Positions 34,850-45,100 of a stretch of 63,745 nt of DNA are shown one piece after another. A program made the translations under genes and the position numbers. Origin of the DNA: a virus (Duplodnaviria > Caudoviricetes); the IMG/VR virus record IMGVR_UViG_3300032164_000012, positions 1 through 63,745 of that record; one strand, given 5' to 3'. The notes below the pieces were generated by a model. The model worked only from the letters and a program-made list of their open reading frames with translations. It was not told the origin of the DNA and did no database searches. Position 1 is the first letter of the stretch; each line of letters opens with the position of its first letter.

Positions 34850-36010
34850 ATGACCAAAGAGAAGGCTCCCGCAAAGGAGCCTACGTCGCGTATGGCCAAG
34901 ATGCTGGGCAGCAAGGACATCGCGGCGCTGGAGAAGAGCTACGGGTCTGGTCTATTGCAGATTGCTTCGGACCGTGAGGCACAGCAGACCCTTCGCATTC
35001 CTACGGCTGTCTTCCCCCTCGACTTCGCTCTCGGCGGCGGCGTCGCGGTCGGGAGACCGGTGACGTTCTACGGGCCGAAGTCCGGGGGGAAGACGACGAC
35101 GGTGCTGCGCCTGGTTGCCCAGCTGCAGCGCATGTGCTCGTTCTGCTACCGCTACCTTCCCGAGTTCATGCCCTTTGAGGAGCTGGCCTGCCAGTGCAAG
35201 AAGCCCCGGGAATCCGTCATCGCGGTTATGGACTGCGAGGGTGTGCTCGACCTCAAGTGGGCCAAGACTCTCGGTGTCAATACCGATGCTATGATCCTCT
35301 CCACGCCAGAGTACGCGGAGCAGACTACCGACGCCATCGAGACTCTCATCCGGACCGGCGAGCTGGATCTGCTTGCTTTTGACTCGATCGCCTTCGCCAC
35401 GCCGGCCAAGGAAGTCGAGGAGTCAGCGGCCAAGAACATGGTCGGCGAGCACGCGCGCGCGATGGGCCGCTACGTGCGCAAGACGGTCTCGGCGATGAAC
35501 GCCTGCGGGAACAAGTACGACCGCCGCCCGACGATCCTGATGACCAACCAGATCCGCATGAAGGTCGGCGTGGTCTTCGGAAGCCCGGAGACGGTGAGCG
35601 GCGGGCATGCCCCGCAGTACATGGCGGCGACCGAGGTGAGGATGTCCGCCGGCACCTACACGATGCAGAAGGAGGAGGGGGGCAAGTCGGTCGTCGAGTT
35701 CACCAAGCCCCTCTTTGCCGACATGCACTTCAAGATCGAGAAGAACAAGGCGGCCGACACGATCAAGATGGAGGGCTCGTACCGGGTCGTCCTGACCGAC
35801 ACCGAGACGAAGAAGCTCGGCCAGATTGCCGACGAGGAGTTCATCGTCGAGCACGGTGAGGCGGCTGGCGTCGTTCAGAAGGTGAAGGGGGGCTGGATGG
35901 TGCTCGACGAGGCGTTTGATCAAAAGTCGCTCATCGAGCGGAAGATGATGATCGACCCCGGTTTCAAGGCGCGCGTCTGCAACCTGATCATGCAGGTGCT
36001 GGTGGGCTGA
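34850..36010 (+). CDS. recA: RecA/UvsX-like recombinase
   Basis: LDFALGGG, GPKSGGKTT, DSIA, TNQIRMKVGVVFGSPETVSGG. Confidence 0.92.
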   Translation: MTKEKAPAKEPTSRMAKMLGSKDIAALEKSYGSGLLQIASDREAQQTLRIPTAVFPLDFALGGGVAVGRPVTFYGPKSGGKTTTVLRLVAQLQRMCSFCYRYLPEFMPFEELACQCKKPRESVIAVMDCEGVLDLKWAKTLGVNTDAMILSTPEYAEQTTDAIETLIRTGELDLLAFDSIAFATPAKEVEESAAKNMVGEHARAMGRYVRKTVSAMNACGNKYDRRPTILMTNQIRMKVGVVFGSPETVSGGHAPQYMAATEVRMSAGTYTMQKEEGGKSVVEFTKPLFADMHFKIEKNKAADTIKMEGSYRVVLTDTETKKLGQIADEEFIVEHGEAAGVVQKVKGGWMVLDEAFDQKSLIERKMMIDPGFKARVCNLIMQVLVG

Positions 36011-36420
36011 TGGCCGACGAGCCCAAGCGGGGAGAGCCTCAGTGGTTGAACGACCCGCACGGCAACCGTGATCGTGCGCGCCGCTCGATGAAGCATGAGG
36101 ACCGCATTGCCGGAAAGTTCCCGGGAGGTCGCCGCTACCCGCGCTCGGGTGGGCAGTCCTGGTCGAAGCGTGACCACAAGACGACCACGGGCGGCGACGT
36201 CGGGACGCCCAACCTCCACATTGAGCACAAGCGCACCGACAAGGCGTCGATGAGCCTCAAGCTCGAGTGGCTCGAGAAGGTTGTGGAGGGGGCCAAGCGG
36301 CAGATGAAGGACCCGGCGCTGGTGATCACGTTCGAGCAGCCTGGTCGTCCTCCCGAGGACTGGATCATGGTCCCACTAGCGGTCGCGCTGCGCCGGCTGG
36401 GCTACCCGGGGGAGCTATAG
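36010..36420 (+). CDS. PD-(D/E)xK Holliday-junction-resolvase-like nuclease
   Basis: E.RIA...SG...GDV...IEHK...W. Confidence 0.7.
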   Translation: MADEPKRGEPQWLNDPHGNRDRARRSMKHEDRIAGKFPGGRRYPRSGGQSWSKRDHKTTTGGDVGTPNLHIEHKRTDKASMSLKLEWLEKVVEGAKRQMKDPALVITFEQPGRPPEDWIMVPLAVALRRLGYPGEL

Positions 36421-36740
36421 TGGGCCGGCTTGAGACCCACCTCGCTTTGCGTGGGCAGTTCACGCTCGGCCAGCAGTTCAGACTGGTCCTCGAGCAGTCG
36501 ACGAGCGATGCTCCTGTCCAGGTGACTCTGGAGTGTCGGACGTGCGACGTGACGATCGAACGGGACGGCAAGGTGTGGAAGTGCGCCGAGTGTTTGTACG
36601 AGGCGCTGGACCTCGAGGTGGAGCTATTCGTGAAGGCGGCCCTGAAGGGGGCGAAGCCATTCTGTCGGCAGTTCAGGAAGCGAGGTAGTCGATGGGCTTG
36701 GGTTCCGTGGTTCGGCACGTCCAGTCCGACGGGACGCTGA
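36420..36740 (+). CDS. zinc-ribbon hypothetical protein
   Basis: CRTC...WKCAEC; GTG overlaps the upstream TAG. Confidence 0.5.
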   Translation: MGRLETHLALRGQFTLGQQFRLVLEQSTSDAPVQVTLECRTCDVTIERDGKVWKCAECLYEALDLEVELFVKAALKGAKPFCRQFRKRGSRWAWVPWFGTSSPTGR

Positions 36741-37534
36741 AGCGTATCATCGAGGCGTCCTACAAGGAGGTTCGGGTTGTCCCGCCTCCGACGAGTACCT
36801 CGTACATGCGCGCGTCGCGCCTGGGCGAGATGTGCCCGCGTGAAGAAGTGTTGTGCAGCAAGCTCCAAGTCACTCGGGAGGACAAGTACAGCGCGACCAG
36901 CATGCTGACCTTTGCTCATGGCAAAGGGCTGCACCATATCCTCCAGAACGATGTGTTGCCGGCGGCCGGGGTGCTGCTCGGCCAGTGGTCCTGTCTGGAT
37001 TGCGGCAGGAAGTTCGGTACGAAGGAGGGTTTCCCTGACGGGATCGTGCCGAGGCCGAAGGCATGTGATGGCACAGCCGGTTGCGGTGGCCGAGAATTCC
37101 AGTACCGCGAGCTGCGCTTCGTCGACGAGCAGCTGCGCATCGGTGGCCACCCCGACGGCTTCCTCTGCTTGCCTGGAATGCCTGGGATCGGGCTCCTCGA
37201 GGCCAAGAGTATCGGGAAGGGCTGGGAGGTCCGGCAAGCTCCTAACATGAGCCATGTCATCCAGGTTCATGTCTACCTGATGTTCACTGGCCTCCAGTGG
37301 GCGCGCATCCTCTATTGGGAGAAGGGAGCCTCGGGCGTCGACGCTCTTATCGAGCACCACATCGACCGAGACAACGAGACCATCAGCCGCATCCGCGAAG
37401 TGATCCGTTCGGTGTGGGAGGGCATCGCCGGCACGTCGCTACCAGATCGTATCTGCACCAAGGATGCATGCCCCCGGGCGATGAAGTGCGTGGTGTCTAA
37501 GCCGTGCTTCGAGACGGCAGGGCCGATGGCGTAG
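36692..37534 (+). CDS. Cas4-like/RecB-type PD-(D/E)xK exonuclease
   Basis: RAS.LG.CPR, G..LH, GHPDG, LEAKS, Q...Y, C-terminal Cys cluster. Confidence 0.8.
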   Translation: MGLGSVVRHVQSDGTLKRIIEASYKEVRVVPPPTSTSYMRASRLGEMCPREEVLCSKLQVTREDKYSATSMLTFAHGKGLHHILQNDVLPAAGVLLGQWSCLDCGRKFGTKEGFPDGIVPRPKACDGTAGCGGREFQYRELRFVDEQLRIGGHPDGFLCLPGMPGIGLLEAKSIGKGWEVRQAPNMSHVIQVHVYLMFTGLQWARILYWEKGASGVDALIEHHIDRDNETISRIREVIRSVWEGIAGTSLPDRICTKDACPRAMKCVVSKPCFETAGPMA

Positions 37535-37542
37535 GAGATCCT

Positions 37543-38088
37543 ATGTACCTCCTTGGAATCGATCCGGGGTTTGCTGCTGTCGGCTATGCACTTGTCGAGC
37601 TGCTGCCGGTGGGCGAGCGTGTGGAGGAGCTAGGAGTCCTCCTGACGGAGAAGTCCGGCAAGGTGCGGGCGGTGCGGGCTTCCGACGACAATGTGCGCCG
37701 GGGAAGAGAGATCGATTTCGGCTTGTGGAGCGTGGCGTCGTCTTCGATGCGGTCGGTCGTGGCGATCTGCGCGGAGTCGATGAGCTTTCCCAGGCACGCC
37801 GGCAACGCCGCCAAGATGGCGATGTGCTGGGGCGTGATCGTCGGCATTTCGGCTCGGCTCGGTATCCCCATCGTTCAGGCCAGTCCCCAGGAGGTGAAGA
37901 AGGCGGTTGTGGGCAAGAAGGACGCCTCTAAGGAGGAGGTGCAAGCTGCGCTCAAGGCGCGCTATCCATGTCCCGCTACGAGCGTCCCGTTCACCAAGAC
38001 GCGCATCGAGCACCCGTTCGACGCTCTCGGAGCCGTGGTGGCTTGTCTTGACTCGGAAGTGGTTCGTCTGGCACGTAAGATGTGCTAG
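37543..38088 (+). CDS. ruvC: RuvC Holliday junction resolvase
   Basis: LGIDPG, CAE, SPQEVKKAVVG..ASKEEV, DALG. Confidence 0.88.
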   Translation: MYLLGIDPGFAAVGYALVELLPVGERVEELGVLLTEKSGKVRAVRASDDNVRRGREIDFGLWSVASSSMRSVVAICAESMSFPRHAGNAAKMAMCWGVIVGISARLGIPIVQASPQEVKKAVVGKKDASKEEVQAALKARYPCPATSVPFTKTRIEHPFDALGAVVACLDSEVVRLARKMC

Positions 38089-38102
38089 CCCAGGAGGGCG
38101 AC

Positions 38103-38432
38103 GTGCGCGGGATCAACCGAGTCACCATTTCCGGCAACGTGAAGGAGAAGATGTCGTTCTCCTCCACCGCCAACAATACTCCTGCCTGCACGTTCACGTT
38201 GGCGAGCGATCGTCACTCGTCGAGCGGGATCGTCACGGCGTTCATCAAGGTCAACGCCTACGGTGATGGGCTGGTCAGTGCTTGTCGTGCGAAGCTGGCG
38301 AAGGGCGTCTATGTCATCGTCGATGGAGAGCTGATGTGCCGCGATGGTCAACTCGGCGACCTTGTCGAGGTACGGGCTCGAGAAGTCATCTTCCTGCCGG
38401 GTACTGCTGAGGGTAGTCATGGGCAAAGCTGA
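38103..38432 (+). CDS. ssb: bacterial-type SSB (OB fold, no acidic tail)
   Basis: INRVTISGN, FTLA, LAKG.YV.VDGEL. Confidence 0.8.
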   Translation: MRGINRVTISGNVKEKMSFSSTANNTPACTFTLASDRHSSSGIVTAFIKVNAYGDGLVSACRAKLAKGVYVIVDGELMCRDGQLGDLVEVRAREVIFLPGTAEGSHGQS

Positions 38433-39537
38433 AGCTGGGATGTTCTCGGTGCTCCCTGGAGGCAAGGAGATCGGACAAGGGGGCGTCAACGATGTCGGCT
38501 CGAAGGCGTGGGCCAAGAAGATTCGGGATCGCGCCAAGGAGCTATCTAGTCAGCTCGACACCGGCTACATGGAGATGGCGCAGATCCTCTGGACCGTCTA
38601 TGACATGACCCTCAAGGGGGACATCACGCAGCGGGCGCTCTTCAAGTCGTGGGGCTACGAGACCTTCGCCGATTACACGGAGAAGGAACTCAACTTGCAC
38701 CGTCGGAAGGCAGAACGGCTGCGGGCGATATGGTTCATCCTCAAGGTTCAGCTGGCGGCGATGCCGGAGCCGGACCGCAAGCGCATCATCGCTCTCGGCT
38801 GGTCGAAGGTTCGGGAGATGATCCGCGTCCTCACTCTAGGCAACGCGAAGAAGTGGATCAAGCTCGCCGAGCAGGCGTCCTACCCCGAGCTGTACGAGGC
38901 GATTCAGGACTTCCTCAAGAAGAAGGAAGCCGGAAAGGTTCAGCACGCGCTCGAAGGCGGCAAGGCTCCCAAGGAGCCCGAGCCCAACTTCGACAAGTTG
39001 CCGGTCTCTTCTTTCGACCCTGCTGACTACCAGACCGGCCCGAAGGCCGTCACCGAGCCTTTGCCGCCTACGTTCCCTGAAGACAACGGAGACGATGTGC
39101 CTCCGCAACCCGACAAGCTCTTCTGGAAGCACTTCTACCTCTACCCCGACCAGATGGACATCGTGAACCAGGCGCTCGAGCGGTCGGCTGAGTTGTCCGA
39201 GTCGAACAAGCCGGGTCACAACCTCTCCCTCATCTGCACCGAGTTCCTCGCCACGAACGACTTCACGACGGCCAGTCGCAAGCAGCAGCTCAAGTTCCTC
39301 GCCAACCTGGAGAAGTCGATGGGCGTGAAGCTCATCGTCGCGGACCAGGAGGATGATCTCATCTACGGTATCGAGAACTTGCAGGGGCTCGTCGCCCGAG
39401 CCAAGAAGGAGATGGCTGTAGATCCACTCGACAACGCCGAGCCGCTTCCGGTTGAGGATGAAGACGACGCGAACAAGACAGCGGACTGGGACCCAGAGCC
39501 GCTCGCCAACCAGGATTCTGAAGAGGAAGATGCTTGA
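38419..39537 (+). CDS. hypothetical protein (DUF3102-like helical region)
   Basis: WGYETFADYTEKEL...LGWSK. Confidence 0.6.
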   Translation: MGKAEAGMFSVLPGGKEIGQGGVNDVGSKAWAKKIRDRAKELSSQLDTGYMEMAQILWTVYDMTLKGDITQRALFKSWGYETFADYTEKELNLHRRKAERLRAIWFILKVQLAAMPEPDRKRIIALGWSKVREMIRVLTLGNAKKWIKLAEQASYPELYEAIQDFLKKKEAGKVQHALEGGKAPKEPEPNFDKLPVSSFDPADYQTGPKAVTEPLPPTFPEDNGDDVPPQPDKLFWKHFYLYPDQMDIVNQALERSAELSESNKPGHNLSLICTEFLATNDFTTASRKQQLKFLANLEKSMGVKLIVADQEDDLIYGIENLQGLVARAKKEMAVDPLDNAEPLPVEDEDDANKTADWDPEPLANQDSEEEDA

Positions 39538-39758
39538 TGCTGATTCCTGTTTCCAAGGACGTGATCTTGAGCGAGCTGTGTGGTGCGCGATCGATTCTCG
39601 ACAAGTGGATCAAGCAGATCAACGGAGGACTTCCGGTGATCGATGTGACCGGGACACCCGAAGACCTGCGTGACCTTCTCGCTGAGCTATGCGGAGAATT
39701 GGTCTTGGTCGGCAACAAGTGTCACAGCCTCTCCGACGTGTTGTCTCACACCGAGTAG
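39534..39758 (+). CDS. hypothetical protein
   Basis: GAGGA RBS, overlaps the upstream stop. Confidence 0.5.
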   Translation: MMLIPVSKDVILSELCGARSILDKWIKQINGGLPVIDVTGTPEDLRDLLAELCGELVLVGNKCHSLSDVLSHTE

Positions 39759-39762
39759 CTCG

Positions 39763-40434
39763 ATGTCCCGCCAATCCCCATCCGGCAAGCCGGCCAGTGA
39801 TCTGATCTTGTCGGCCTACGTGGGGACGAACGATGAGCTGTTCCCTCGCATCCTCAAGCTCTATGTTGCTCTCGGCAGCAAGGTGGCTGATGTGACGTTC
39901 GGGAACGGCACCTTCTGGAAGCAGATCCCGTCCGGAAGCTACGAAGTTCACGGCACCGACCTCCTCAAGGGTGTTGATGCTCGTCACCTGCCCTATGGCG
40001 ACGGCACGATGGATTGCGTGGTGCTGGACCCGCCCTACATGCACTCGTCGGGAGGGACCGCATACAAGGATGACCAGCACGCCGCCTTCGGGCGCTACCG
40101 GAACAACGAGGAGGTTCGCTCGTCGGACGGTCACCGCGATGTCCTGCAGCTTTACCAGGACTGCGCCGACGAAGCTCTGCGGGTCCTCCGTCGGGGAGGC
40201 GTACTCCTTCTCAAGTGCCAGGATGAGGTCGCGGTCAACCGGCAGCGTCTCACGCATGTCGAGATCCTCTTGGGTCTCACGAAAGACTGGATCTGTGAGG
40301 ACCTATTCGTGCTGGTTCGCCGGGGTCGCCCGAGCGTGAGCCGGCAACTCAAGCAGCTTCACGCGCGCAAGGCCCACAGCTACTTCCTGGTTTTGCGCAA
40401 GATTGACGGTCCGAAGGTCTGGACTGGACCGTAG
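39763..40434 (+). CDS. DNA amino-methyltransferase (N6A/N4C)
   Basis: DVTFGNG SAM motif, DPPY catalytic motif. Confidence 0.8.
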   Translation: MSRQSPSGKPASDLILSAYVGTNDELFPRILKLYVALGSKVADVTFGNGTFWKQIPSGSYEVHGTDLLKGVDARHLPYGDGTMDCVVLDPPYMHSSGGTAYKDDQHAAFGRYRNNEEVRSSDGHRDVLQLYQDCADEALRVLRRGGVLLLKCQDEVAVNRQRLTHVEILLGLTKDWICEDLFVLVRRGRPSVSRQLKQLHARKAHSYFLVLRKIDGPKVWTGP

Positions 40435-40441
40435 GAGACCC

Positions 40442-41272
40442 ATGACGCTTCCCCGTTACGAGATGAAGGCGCTCCCCATCGACTTGCTGGTTCCCAACGA
40501 TTGGAATCCTCAAGATCAGGACGAGGTGGTCTTCCAGCGTCTCGTCGACGAGATCGCCGAGAACGGTTTCATCGATCCGTGCGAGGTGATCCCCCTGGAG
40601 GATGGGCGCTACCGGATCATTGGCGGGGAGCACCGCTGGATGGCGGCCAAGGCAGCCCAGAAGCTTCTCGAGGAGGCGGGCAAGCCTGAAGATGCCAAGA
40701 CGCTAGACGACATTCCCTGCATGATCCTGACAGCCGACCGGTGGAAGGACGAGGATCTCCAGAAGTTCGTTACCATCCGCCTCAATGTCATTCGGGGCAA
40801 GCTCGACCCAGAGAAGTTCCTCAAGCTGTACGAGGAGCTGGCTGACAAGTACGGGGCCGAGTCGTTGCAGACCCTTATGGGCTATACCGACGCCAAGGGC
40901 TTCCAGAAGCTAGTCGACGGCGTTCGCAAGGGGATGCAGAAGGCGCTGCCGAAGGACCTGCAGGATGAGTTCGAGGATCGGGCCAAGGACGCCAAGACCG
41001 CCGAGGATCTGCAGCGGATCATCCAGATGCTGTTCGCCAAGTACGGCGACACCGTCGACCTCTCCTACATGATCTTCACCTACGGCAAACAGGAGCACAT
41101 CTACGTCCAGATGAATCCGGCGATGCGGAAGGCGATGGACAAGGTCGTCGCCTACTGCAAGATGACCTGCCAGGACATCAACGATTTCATGGTGCCGATC
41201 ACCCAAGCATTCATGAAGGAGGCCTTGGCGGCGCTGGAGAAGGGTGAGAAGTTTCCTGCTCCGTCCTCCTGA
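40442..41272 (+). CDS. ParB/Srx N-terminal domain protein
   Basis: PNDWNP, GFIDP, IIGGEHRW.AA. Confidence 0.85.
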   Translation: MTLPRYEMKALPIDLLVPNDWNPQDQDEVVFQRLVDEIAENGFIDPCEVIPLEDGRYRIIGGEHRWMAAKAAQKLLEEAGKPEDAKTLDDIPCMILTADRWKDEDLQKFVTIRLNVIRGKLDPEKFLKLYEELADKYGAESLQTLMGYTDAKGFQKLVDGVRKGMQKALPKDLQDEFEDRAKDAKTAEDLQRIIQMLFAKYGDTVDLSYMIFTYGKQEHIYVQMNPAMRKAMDKVVAYCKMTCQDINDFMVPITQAFMKEALAALEKGEKFPAPSS

Positions 41273-41324
41273 TCTGTACCTCCGTCCCGAGTAGTGCTAG
41301 CGTGAGGTTCGGAGGCTTCCCGAA

Positions 41325-42119
41325 ATGGCGCATACCCTCAACGAGATCAACTTTCGACTGCGGACCCTGCTCGGCGAAGCCGACTTCACCGGGCTTGGCA
41401 TTCCCATGGCCGGTGACGAGAACAAGCCGGATGACAGCCCCATCGCAGGCGATGTCCTGTTGACCGCCGCCAACGCTTGGCGCAAGTACATCCGTCGTGG
41501 TGATGACTTCCTGGAGCAGATCCAGAAGGTGGTCGACGCTGCGAGCACGGCCAACAAGTCCAAGGAGGAGATCGAGAAGCGGCGGGCTATTTCCGACGTG
41601 CGCTCCACCGTGGTGAAGGCGCAGGGATTGTTGGCGTCCGCCTATGGCGACTTCAAGGAGGGGCGCGAGCAGATGTACCAGGTCGCCAAGATCTGGAAGA
41701 TCGGCACCAAGCGTTCCAATCCTGGCTACCCCTCGAAGCAGTTGGGGCTTCTCAAGGAAGGCGTCCTCACCAGCGAGATGGAGAAGGGTTCGGCTGGCAT
41801 CATGTCGGCCTCGGGCAAGATGCTTGACCTGGGGGCGAAGTCTTCCGGCATGCTGCGCGCGGCTGCCCGCGTCGCGTCACCCATGGGGGGAGCCCCCGCC
41901 GGGGCAGAGGGTATCATCGGCACCTGTCTCGATTTTCGCGACAAGGTCAGCGAGGCGTGCTTCGCCCGCGTGAACGGCGTCATGCGCCGAGCTGTCGAGT
42001 TGTCCAATCGGGCATGGGAGGCCATGAAGTACGAGGCCACCATTGGTCCGGCGGACAAGACCGAGTGGAACTGCCCGTGGGAGGACGATCCCGAGTTCGG
42101 AGGACGTGAAGTCGTCTAG
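41325..42119 (+). CDS. hypothetical protein, candidate head-internal protein
   Basis: LNEINFRLRTLLGEAD leader; TGTACC-17-TAGCGT upstream. Confidence 0.65.
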   Translation: MAHTLNEINFRLRTLLGEADFTGLGIPMAGDENKPDDSPIAGDVLLTAANAWRKYIRRGDDFLEQIQKVVDAASTANKSKEEIEKRRAISDVRSTVVKAQGLLASAYGDFKEGREQMYQVAKIWKIGTKRSNPGYPSKQLGLLKEGVLTSEMEKGSAGIMSASGKMLDLGAKSSGMLRAAARVASPMGGAPAGAEGIIGTCLDFRDKVSEACFARVNGVMRRAVELSNRAWEAMKYEATIGPADKTEWNCPWEDDPEFGGREVV

Positions 42120-42132
42120 CTTTTCGGGAGTC

Positions 42133-42161
42133 TTGACAATCTCTCTGCTGCTTGCTACATT
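42133..42161 (+). promoter_or_regulatory. sigma70-type promoter, very short leader
   Basis: TTGACA-17-TACATT with TGC; ATG 42171. Confidence 0.8.
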
Positions 42162-42170
42162 GAGGTCGAG

Positions 42171-45100
42171 ATGGCCACTCTGCTGCACCCTGTGTCATCG
42201 GCGTTGATCTCGACCGACCAGCTGGTCGAAGCGTCGTCGAAGGATCTCTACCCTATCGGGACCATCAAGCAGTACGGGGCCAAGCACCTCTATGTCAAGA
42301 TTTCGATGGGCGGCAAGAAGCCCTGGGTCTACTACGCTACCCTCGGGTCAGCGAAGTCCAACGTAGCGATCACGGCGGGTGGTTGCATCGTTGTTGACGG
42401 CAAGGCCAAAGCGGCAGCGACTGCCGAAGAGGCGCAGAAGCTTGGTGTCCCTTACGCGCACCCGCACGCGGGAGGAGAAGTTCCGCCTCTGCTCCCTGGT
42501 GGTAAGACCTTGGGCAAGGTTGGTGCGGATGGGCAGTTTGCTGTTGATGCAGAGGGCCTAGCCGCCGCGCTGGTGGCCGGAACCGAGCCGCCGGCGGCCG
42601 TCCCCCCAGCCCCGCCTCCTCTGCCTACTGAGGGGCCACCACAGCCCGAGAGCCCGAAGGAGGAACCTCCACCTCCCATCACGTCCCTCAAGCCCTACGA
42701 GCAGCTACAGGCCGTGGTCGTCACTCCGACTCCGAAGATCAGCAAGATTCTCCAGAGATCGATGATCGCCAGTGACAGTGCCTATGGCAAGTTGCTCGCC
42801 AATATCGAGATGCAGGGGTGGAACGCCTCTGAAGCGTCGAGCTGGTTTCAGAAGTTCGGATACGACTCGGCGCAAGCCGATGAAATGGTGAGTGGGGCAC
42901 TGGCACAGGTCGCTAGTTACCTCACAGTCTCAGTCGACGATGGGGCGATCTACTTCCGTAATCCGGACTACGTTGATTGGGACAAGAAGCTCAAGGCAGT
43001 CGGAGCAAGCGGCTTCTTTGGCCCGAACGGTGTCCTCACTCATCTTCTCTCTATCGAGGGCATTCCGGAGATCTCGCTGGCGAACCCCCTCGACTCCCTC
43101 GTCGCCAATCCGAAGGTCGTTCCCTACCTCGGAGGCAAGTACGGTCCGGACTGGCGAAAGAAGGTGGATGCGGCTTGGGTTGATCATGCTCTTGAGCACG
43201 AACTGGCTCCTCCGTCGGACCCCGAGGTGCTGAAGCATCTGCACAAGGCCGGGTTCGATCCCACTACTCCACTCGGGAAGGTGGCCGGACTGGTCGTCAA
43301 GAACGATGGTGCGACGATCGCTACCATCAAGGACTTGCGGGCCTCCGGTGGCTACACGATGGCTCTCGGCCTCGCCAAGAGCCAGGTCGACGCGGTGCTC
43401 CCGATCTTGAAGAATGCTGGGGTCCTCGTCGATGGCAAGGTGGTCAAGGAAGCGCCGCCTGTTACCCCACCAGCACCTTCGGTCCAGGCAACTCCATCGA
43501 CCGCGCCGACAGCAGAGAAGAGCGAGCTTCAGACGCTCGTTGGGTTCCTCAAGGGGGTCGGCTTCGACAAGCCGGACGTCGCCCAGTCGTTGTCGGCGAG
43601 CAAGATCTTCTTTGACCACATGGTCAAGACGTTCGGTCCGGACTGGCTCCAGAAGTACCAGACGCAGATCACCCCGTCACTGGCCGGTACGAAGCCTCCC
43701 CCGCCCCTTCCTGCTGGTGCTGACCCTAACGACTACACCCTCAAGGTCAGCAAGACCGGAGCGCAGTTCTGGTCGGCGAAGCCAGGAAAGAACATCGCCA
43801 AAGCCATCGCTGCAGCGAACAAGGGCAAGAAGCCTGGAGCGCAGTTCGGTGGTGTCGACTACAGCGACGTCAAGTCCCACTTCGGAGCGATGTCGGCTGC
43901 TGGAGGATTGCCCGACACTCTCCCCGCCCCCTTCAAGAAGGAGATGAAGGACAAGTACGGAGAGAACTGGGCGGGCGTATTGACCGTGGCTGCTTCTGTG
44001 CATCTCGAGTTCGAAGGCGATGCGCTCAAGTACATCGCGCATATCGAGGATGACGCAGGCGCGGCTGAGCAGGTACTCGTCAAGTCGGCTCTCGGGCTTG
44101 CATGGAAAGCGCACGTCGAGGCGATCGGTGCGGCGCTGTCTGCGACCAAGAAGCCCAAGAAGAAAGTCGCGACGGGTGTGGCTCCAGTAGTTGCGGCAGG
44201 AGCTTCTCCTGCGACGATGGGCAAGCCCTCGCTGCAAGCAGTTTCGGACTACGCTGACTTGCACAATATCTCGACGCCTCAAGCGAAGATTCTCGAACTC
44301 CTGTACTCGCACGGAGTGGCACACACCCCAGCGTTCTTGAACGATGTGAAGGCGGTGTTTGCCCTTGGTGTTGGTGACGCCAGCCTCAAGAACCTGCTCA
44401 AGGCACATCTCAATGTCCTGGTGGACAAGGGTGTGATCTCCATCGATGACTACGGGAACGTTAGTTTTCCGTTGTCTGACCCGCTAGGGGGTTCGGTAGC
44501 AGCAGCCCTACCTAAGCTGAATCCAGCCGTTGATTTTGCTCTTGCTCCGTTGAGTCCGACCGTGAGTTCGTGGTCCGCTGCGACGGCAGGCCATCTTGGA
44601 TGGCCTCCGGATTCCGATGGGGCGAAGACGTTGGCGGTGATGTACAACGCGTTCCAGAAGGACAGCACCGTCGATCCGTCGGTGGCCGTCAAGGCGCTGG
44701 TCAAGCTGGGTATCCCGTTGGCCCTAGCCACCCCACTTGTCAACGTCGCCTACAACGCGGCAAAGGAACCGATCGCCGCTCTGGCACACCAGTTCGAGAC
44801 GCCTGGAGAGAAGTCTCCGATCCCAACCACCCCTCCCGAGACTCCAGCCCCTCCGGTCAACACGCCACTTCCGATCGAGAAGCCCGCTCCGGCAGTTGCT
44901 CCGACATCGCCGGCTCACGGTACTACGCCGCTCGTGGCTGGCGGAGGGCTCCCTCCGATGTCGCAGCTCAAGCACAAGCGCAGCGCCGCTGGGCTAGGTG
45001 GAGCCGGTAAGAAGGACATCTATGTCGACAGTCAGGGACAGGAGTATCTGGTCAAGGTTGCGGTTGAGAAAGACGACCCGACCAAGGCTAAGCCTTATGC

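Noticed and set aside
36692-37534. Cas4-like nuclease as a sign of CRISPR-Cas
   Set aside because: No repeat-spacer array or other cas genes; stand-alone Cas4-like nucleases are common in phage recombination modules
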